A stretch of DNA of 64,000 nt from Octopus bimaculoides. Taxonomy: Eukaryota. Location: the NCBI RefSeq assembly GCF_001194135.2, contig NC_068984.1, forward strand, positions 25,713,377-25,777,376. The letters are read 5' to 3'. The notes below the pieces were generated by a model. It made no database searches, was not told the origin of the DNA, and saw only the letters and a list, made by a program, of their open reading frames with translations. This document shows positions 57,099 through 64,000 of this stretch, piece by piece. Both the position numbers and the translations under genes were made by a program. How positions within the stretch are numbered: position 1 is the first letter of the stretch; the number at the start of each line of letters is the position of its first letter.

Positions 57099-57360
57099 GT
57101 GAAGGCGCATGGCTTAGAGGTTTGGGTAATTGATTCACGATCACAAAGTCATGAGTTCAATTCCTGGTGGTGCATCATGTCACTCCACTAAGCTGGCAAA
57201 AATTAATTGTGCCTGTAATTAACATTGAATCTCCCAGAGAACTATGTTAAGGGTCCGCTTGTCTGTGGAGTGCTCAGTCACTTGCATGCTAATTTCACGA
57301 GCTAGCTGTTCCATTGATCAGATCAACTGGAACCCTCGTCGTAACTGACAGAACACCAAT
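57099..57360 (+). mobile_element. SINE with a family C-like head and the family D 3' module
   Basis: 57230-57355 matches the reverse complement of 9300-9430. Confidence 0.75.
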
Positions 57361-58745
57361 TTTTTTTTTTAATGTGCCCTATAAGTAGGGCATTCATTAA
57401 CACATAAAACTTCATTTACAGCATGCAAGTATCTAGAAAGTAAATACTTTGTTGCTTTTATAATTAAAGCTTCTGTCAATATTGAAAATTAAAACATGTT
57501 CTTTTGCACATTCCATATGTTTGTGCATGTATGAGCATGTGCGTATGTTTGTGTCTTATACACATACACACACACGTATATGTATATATATANNNNNNNN
57601 NNNNNNNNNNNNNNNNNNNNNNNNNNNNNNNNNNNNNNNNNNNNNNNNNNNNNNNNNNNNNNNNNNNNNNNNNNNNNNNNNNNNNNNNNNNNNNNNNNNN
57701 NNNNNNNNNNNNNNNNNNNNNNNNNNNNNNNNNNNNNNNNNNNNNNNNNNNNNNNNNNNNNNNNNNNNNNNNNNNNNNNNNNNNNNNNNNNNNNNNNNNN
57801 NNNNNNNNNNNNNNNNNNNNNNNNNNNNNNNNNNNNNNNNNNNNNNNNNNNNNNNNNNNNNNNNNNNNNNNNNNNNNNNNNNNNNNNNNNNNNNNNNNNN
57901 NNNNNNNNNNNNNNNNNNNNNNNNNNNNNNNNNNNNNNNNNNNNNNNNNNNNNNNNNNNNNNNNNNNNNNNNNNNNNNNNNNNNNNNNNNNNNNNNNNNN
58001 NNNNNNNNNNNNNNNNNNNNNNNNNNNNNNNNNNNNNNNNNNNNNNNNNNNNNNNNNNNNNNNNNNNNNNNNNNNNNNNNNNNNNNNNNNNNNNNNNNNN
58101 NNNNNNNNNNNNNNNNNNNNNNNNNNNNNNNNNNNNNNNNNNNNNNNNNNNNNNNNNNNNNNNNNNNNNNNNNNNNNNNNNNNNNNNNNNNNNNNNNNNN
58201 NNNNNNNNNNNNNNNNNNNNNNNNNNNNNNNNNNNNNNNNNNNNNNNNNNNNNNNNNNNNNNNNNNNNNNNNNNNNNNNNNNNNNNNNNNNNNNNNNNNN
58301 NNNNNNNNNNNNNNNNNNNNNNNNNNNNNNNNNNNNNNNNNNNNNNNNNNNNNNNNNNNNNNNNNNNNNNNNNNNNNNNNNNNNNNNNNNNNNNNNNNNN
58401 NNNNNNNNNNNNNNNNNNNNNNNNNNNNNNNNNNNNNNNNNNNNNNNNNNATATATATATATATATATAAATATGTATGTATGTATGTATATCATCCTTA
58501 TCACTCATAAATATTCGCTTTCCATGTTTGCCTGAAAATATATACATTAATTTAATGAATGATACAGAAGTCACATGAACAGAAGTCACGTAATCACTAT
58601 ACAGCTAATGAAGATGGTTACGTGACTCCTTTTGTCATTCTTTAATTAATAATATATTCTGTGCTCAGCTAATGCTTTACCTTAAAATATATGTATACTG
58701 AGTTGTAATTTTTGATTTTTAATATTGTTAGGCCTAAGTGAAATC

Positions 58746-58780
<35 letters not shown>

Positions 58781-59293
58781 TCTAATCTTATTTAGCATGT
58801 GGTAACAGCAGAGGTAAGTCTATATTCTTGAGTGGTTATGTGCGTATTAAACATATTAACTACTGTGAATTATTCAAATGGAACACATTGGATTATCTAG
58901 ATAGTACAATATGCATCATTTGAATGATCTCTAACAATAATATTGGAAACATACATACATACATATATATGTACATACATACAAACATACACACACACAC
59001 ACATATATATAATGGATTCTTCCATCAAAGATGATACAAACGACCTGCACAAATGATTTGTTTATAGTAATCAAATGTTCATGCCTCACATTAGCTTACT
59101 CTCTCCATCAAATCGTCGTTGTCTGAACAGGTGCACAGCGTACCACATATCAAATCTTGAAGTGATTGCAAAGCAATGTGAGATGAAGTCTTTTGCTCAA
59201 GAACATAATGCACCACCTAGTCTAGGAACTGAAACCATGATCGATAGATTATGAGTACAACACCCTAACCACTAAGCCATGTGCCCTCACACA

Positions 59294-59325
<32 letters not shown>

Positions 59326-59485
59326 TCTAGCTATGCAGGTTCCATTAACCCATTCAAAATCCCCTTGTGTTATGTAGTAGCAAGGGATTTGAATGGGTTA
59401 ATGGAACCTGCATCTATCTGTGCAGATATGTTTGTATATGTATACATACATATATGTATATATACATACACATACATACATACTT

Positions 59486-59735
59486 CATCATCATCATCAT
59501 CATCGTTTAACGTCCGCTTTCCATGCTAGCATGGGTTGGACGATTTGATTGAGGACTGGTGAAACCGGATGGCAACACCAGGCTCCAATCTAATTTGGCA
59601 GAGTTTCTACAGCTGGATGCCCTTCCTAGCGTCAACCACTCAGAGAGTGTAGTGGGTGCTTTTACGTGTCACCCGCACGAAAATGGCCACACTCGAAATG
59701 GTGTCTTTTATGTGCCACCCGCGCAAGAGCCAACT
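59486..59735 (-). mobile_element. RTE 3' tail copy (young)
   Basis: Nearly identical to 63767-64000 (few substitutions by eye). Confidence 0.85.
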
Positions 59736-60439
59736 TATATATATATNNNNNNNNNNNNNNNNNNNNNNNNNNNNNNNNNNNNNNNNNNNNNNNNNNNNNN
59801 NNNNNNNNNNNNNNNNNNNNNNNNNNNNNNNNNNNNNNNNNNNNNNNNNNNNNNNNNNNNNNNNNNNNNNNNNNNNNNNNNNNNNNNNNNNNNNNNNNNN
59901 NNNNNNNNNNNNNNNNNNNNNNNNNNNNNNNNNNNNNNNNNNNNNNNNNNNNNNNNNNNNNNNNNNNNNNNNNNNNNNNNNNNNNNNNNNNNNNNNNNNN
60001 NNNNNNNNNNNNNNNNNNNNNNNNNNNNNNNNNNNNNNNNNNNNNNNNNNNNNNNNNNNNNNNNNNNNNNNNNNNNNNNNNNNNNNNNNNNNNNNNNNNN
60101 NNNNNNNNNNNNNNNNNNNNNNNNNNNNNNNNNNNNNNNNNNNNNNNNNNNNNNNNNNNNNNNNNNNNNNNNNNNNNNNNNNNNNNNNNNNNNNNNNNNN
60201 NNNNNNNNNNNNNNNNNNNNNNNNNNNNNNNNNNNNNNNNNNNNNNNNNNNNNNNNNNNNNNNNNNNNNNNNNNNNNNNNNNNNNNNNNNNNNNNNNNNN
60301 NNNNNNNNNNNNNNNNNNNNNNNNNNNNNNNNNNNNNNNNNNNNNNNNNNNTATATTCCATATTCTATACCCCACATTAGTTCTGCAGGAATATAAATAA
60401 AACATAAAAAACAGACAGTGTTAGAACTCTTTTAAGCAA

Positions 60440-60479
<40 letters not shown>

Positions 60480-60490
60480 CCTAGATATAA

Positions 60491-61200
60491 CCTTTTAAAG
60501 GTAGTCAATAAACACAATGCCTTTTGCATCCCAAAAACCTAAGGCCATCACTTTCTCGGCAGATGAAATGACCCTGGATTTCTTTGGAGCAGGTGACGAG
60601 GGGTGTTCTCACTGCAAGGATTGTCTCTGGCTCAAAGTAATGAACCCAACACTCATCCTGGATTAGTAACTGTTTAAGGAAACCAGCTGGATCTGCCTCA
60701 AACAATGTCAGATTTTCCCATGATGTGATCTACCTGGTATACTTTTGATCAGGTGTCAGAAGAAATGGCACCTACTGGGCAGAAACTTTCATCATGCCAA
60801 GTTCATTGTGCAGAATATTTTCAACTCTCTCATAGGACATGCAAGTAGCAGTCACCCTTCTCCATGTGATGCAGGATGTCCAGATCTTGGGTCATCTTCA
60901 AGACCCTCCCTTCCCTTCTTAAATTCAGCTGCCCACTTTTGCTATGTTGATTAAGCTGGAGCATCACCTCCTAATGTAGCAATCATGTCAGCATGAATGT
61001 TGTTGGAGGCTAAACTGTTTTTCTTTTCAGGTACTTTATAATACCATGATGCCAAATTTTGTCCATTTTCAAGAGAGTACTACTAGTTACTTCTGAAGTC
61101 TTTTTTGAAGAATCAGATGTCAGTTTACCTGGAAAGAAACAAAGCATTGAAATTAATGCATGCAAGATTTCACAGCTCTAGTGTCACTTCTTCATAGTCA
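60491..61200 (-). mobile_element. Mariner transposase fragment (N-terminal HTH to first catalytic Asp), degenerate
   Basis: MDKIWHHGII...KWAAEFKKGREGLEDDPRSG...VPFLLTPDQK...QDECWVHYFEPE...KVMALGFWDAKGIVFIDY. Confidence 0.85.
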
Positions 61201-61204
61201 GTAT

Positions 61205-61970
61205 TTGATAGCATTTGATGGAGTTGATTTTCTGTGCATTTTCAGCATTTATTGTACCTGTGCATCTTCCACATACAAAAGCTAGTTTCCCTGTTAACCT
61301 TCCTCTGATATTGTTGCACCTTTTATGTGTTCAAAGCTTAAACCAAGTGCATCTTATGGAGTTTCTACCAACGCCTTTTCTACTGATCGAGCAGGGATGT
61401 GTGATTTGTCTGCCTTCCTACTTACTAAGACTTTGGTTTTTGCTAGGTTAACTCTTAGGCCCTTTGATTCTAGATCTTGCTTCCATACCTGGAACTTCTC
61501 TAGTTCTGGTAGTGATTCAGCAATAAGAGCAAGGTCATCAGCACAGAAGATCTCCTAGGGGCAGCCTGTCTTAAATTCCTCTCTTATTGCCTGGAGAACT
61601 ATGACGAACAAGAGGGGGATGAGCGTTGATCCTTAGTGAACCCCTACTTGTACCCTGAGTTCTTCGCTGTACTCATTGCCAACCCTCACCTTACAGGTAG
61701 CATCCCTGTACATAGCTTGTACAACTCTCACTAACCACTTGTCTATCCTTAGTTACCGTGTTGACCACCAAATCAGGGGACCCTGTCAAAGGCTTTCTCC
61801 AGGTCAACAAAGGCCAAATACAGAGGTTTATCTTTGGCTATGTATTTCTCTTGCAGCTGTTTTACCAGAAATATAGCATCAGTGGTGCTTCTCCCAGGTA
61901 CAAAATCAAACTGCATCTCATCTAGACTAACTCTCTCGCTAATTAGTTGGGCTATGACTCTCTCCATAAC
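61205..61970 (-). mobile_element. RTE-clade LINE reverse transcriptase fragment (degenerate)
   Basis: DEMQFDFVPGRSTTDAIF...AFVDLEKAFDRVP, then FCADDLALIAES (YADD-like), then a Cys/His cluster; frameshifts and stops present. Confidence 0.9.
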
Positions 61971-62273
61971 TTACATCACCAGATCCAACAATTTGATACC
62001 TCTGTAATTATATGAATATGAATGCGTTCATACATGCTGTATGTACATGTAATTTAGTGTTGTCAGTCAATAAAATTCGAGATAACAGACAGTTGCTGTT
62101 ATCTATGTACACATGTTCACACACATATCTGCCCTAAGATTCCTATATAACATGGCTTACATTTAGCCTGGTGGAGTCTCCTGGCTTGCCAGTCCTCAAT
62201 CAAACCATCCAACCAATGCCAGTATGGAAAACAGACGTTAAAAGATGATGATGATGACAATGTCTGTCTGTCT

Positions 62274-62330
<57 letters not shown>

Positions 62331-62627
62331 TATTTCACAAGGAGCTTTCAGTTTCCCAGCATGTTGCCTTTCCCATAAATAACAAATAACTGTGAAATAA
62401 TTTATACTATAATCAATACATTTATATGAAATATGATGCTTTACACATTCATTTTTCATTTTTTTTTCATTTTATCTAGTTTCAACTCATGAGCTGTGGC
62501 CATGCTGGGGCACCGCCATTGATGTTTTAAAGTTTTTTTTTAGTTGATGAAACAGAGAAATTGAAATTATATGTCAAAACAAACATTTACTCAAATACTA
62601 AACTTCTTTGTCTATGGCTGTGCAATA

Positions 62628-63766
62628 TATTGGGTCATCCCATAAATAATGCAGTTTTTTCAACTGTTGAAAGTTGGAAGAGGACAGGATAAACTACTTG
62701 TATCAACTTGCTATAAAAGCAGGTAGTAATTTTACCTTGTATTTATTCTTAGTGCAAGTTTTGAAGAGTGTAGTTCGATTATAACGGTTATTTTTTCAAA
62801 AATACAATAGAAGTGACAAAGGAGCATATTCAGCATATTTTGCTTTATGAGATCAATAAAGGTAACAACACAATGAGAGTGCAAGAAATATTAATGCATT
62901 ATATGGGATGGGACAATAAGCATAAGCCAGTGTCAACAATGGTTCCAGAAATTCTGAGCTGGAAACTACAGCCTAAAAAATAAGTCTCATCCTGGAAGAT
63001 CTGTAGAGCTTGACAAGGATGTCTTGCAAACCCTGGTGGAACAAAATCCCATCGTAACTGTTGAGGAACTAGCAGAGAAGCCTTGATTTGGTAATTCAAC
63101 AATTCATTGATACCTGCATGCCATTGGGAAAGTCAGAAAATTGGGTCAATGGGTTCCTCACGAACTTTCTGAGTCTAATCTTGCGCAGGGTGTGAATGTG
63201 TGCTCTTCTTTGCTGTCATGTCTCATGAATGAACCTTTTTTGAACTGAACAGTGACTGATGATAAGAAATGGGTTCCCTATGAAAATGTCAAGTGCCTAA
63301 GACAGTGGGTAGGGAAAGGAGAAACACCAGCACCCCAGGCCAAAGAAGGTTTTCACCCATATAAGGTGTTGTTTGGTGGGATATGAAATGTTTAGTCCAC
63401 TTTGAACTTTTAAACACAAACCAAATGATAAAGGAGATCTACTGTGAGCAGCTAGAGTGGCTTAAGTCAGCGCTAGAAGGAAAATGACCACCTTTGGTTT
63501 CAAGATGAAAGGTGTTCTCTCATCAGGATAATGCTTGACCACATACAGCAAGGTTGACATTCTAAAGGCTGGAGCAGTTTGAATGGGAAACAATGCCCCA
63601 CCCACCATATTCGCTGGACATTGCCCCATCTAATTATCATTTATTCTGCAGTCTTCAGAATCATTTGGATGGAAAAAATATGAAATCTATAGAGAAGGTC
63701 AGAACAGTAGCGAAGAAATATTTTTTGTCACAGGCAAGTGAATTTTGGAAGAGGGGCCTTGAAAGT
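62628..63766 (+). mobile_element. Near full-length defective mariner (DD34D type) with left TIR
   Basis: TIR-like TATTGGGTCATCCCATAAATAATGC after TA; IEVTKEHIQHILLYE (from 62807), WVPHEL, VTDDKKW, HQDNA*PH, HPPYSLDIAPSNYHLF; stops and frameshifts present. Confidence 0.9.
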
Positions 63767-64000
63767 CATCATCATCATCATCATCATCGTTTAACGTCCG
63801 CTTTCCATGCTAGCATGGGTTGGACGATTTGACTGAGGACTGGTGAAACCGGATGGCAACACCAGGCTCCAGTCTGATTTGGCAGAGTTTCTACAGCTGG
63901 ATGCCCTTCCTAACGCCAACCACTCAGAGAGTGTAGTGGGTGCTTTTACGTGTCACCCGCACGAAAACGGCCACGCTCGAAATGGTGTCTTTTATGTGCC
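63767..64000 (-). mobile_element. RTE 3' tail copy (young), inserted in a mariner; runs off the window end
   Basis: (CAT)n begins immediately after mariner codons FWKRGLES. Confidence 0.85.

Noticed and set aside
57476-60405. Long ORFs of 200-366 aa in the track (also 7922-8546 and 10579-11198)
   Set aside because: They consist of N runs and (TA)n translations.

Overview
Eukaryotic, AT-rich genomic DNA with eight assembly gaps. The repeat families and dense (TA)n/(CA)n tracts suggest an octopus-type cephalopod; this is an inference, not a database match. The window holds one protein-coding gene, STT3B (catalytic subunit B of oligosaccharyltransferase), on the minus strand from ATG 50974 to stop 1093. 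I traced 16 coding exons by hand (2119 nt, all GT-AG). One further exon, which in orthologues encodes VxLYA..YFAGVMVRLMLTL.., is required by reading frame but is absent from the called bases; it most likely lies in the gap at 10660-11064. Introns and the region above 51.4 kb are filled with mobile-element debris: RTE LINE pieces and at least 14 copies of the RTE 3' tail, CR1/Jockey-like and Gypsy relics, three Tc1/mariner derivatives, an Academ-type XPG-CXC transposon relic, four tRNA-headed SINE families, and a foldback element with hammerhead-like motifs. Apart from ORFs overlapping STT3B exons or element relics, the ORF track is repeat or gap noise. I found no convincing new multi-gene system. 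The best leads are the hammerhead-like foldback in the last intron, the missing exon, the Academ relic, UPR-type motifs near the start codon, the VNTR-bearing RTE tail and inverted-repeat dsRNA potential. Mobile-element boundaries are approximate.
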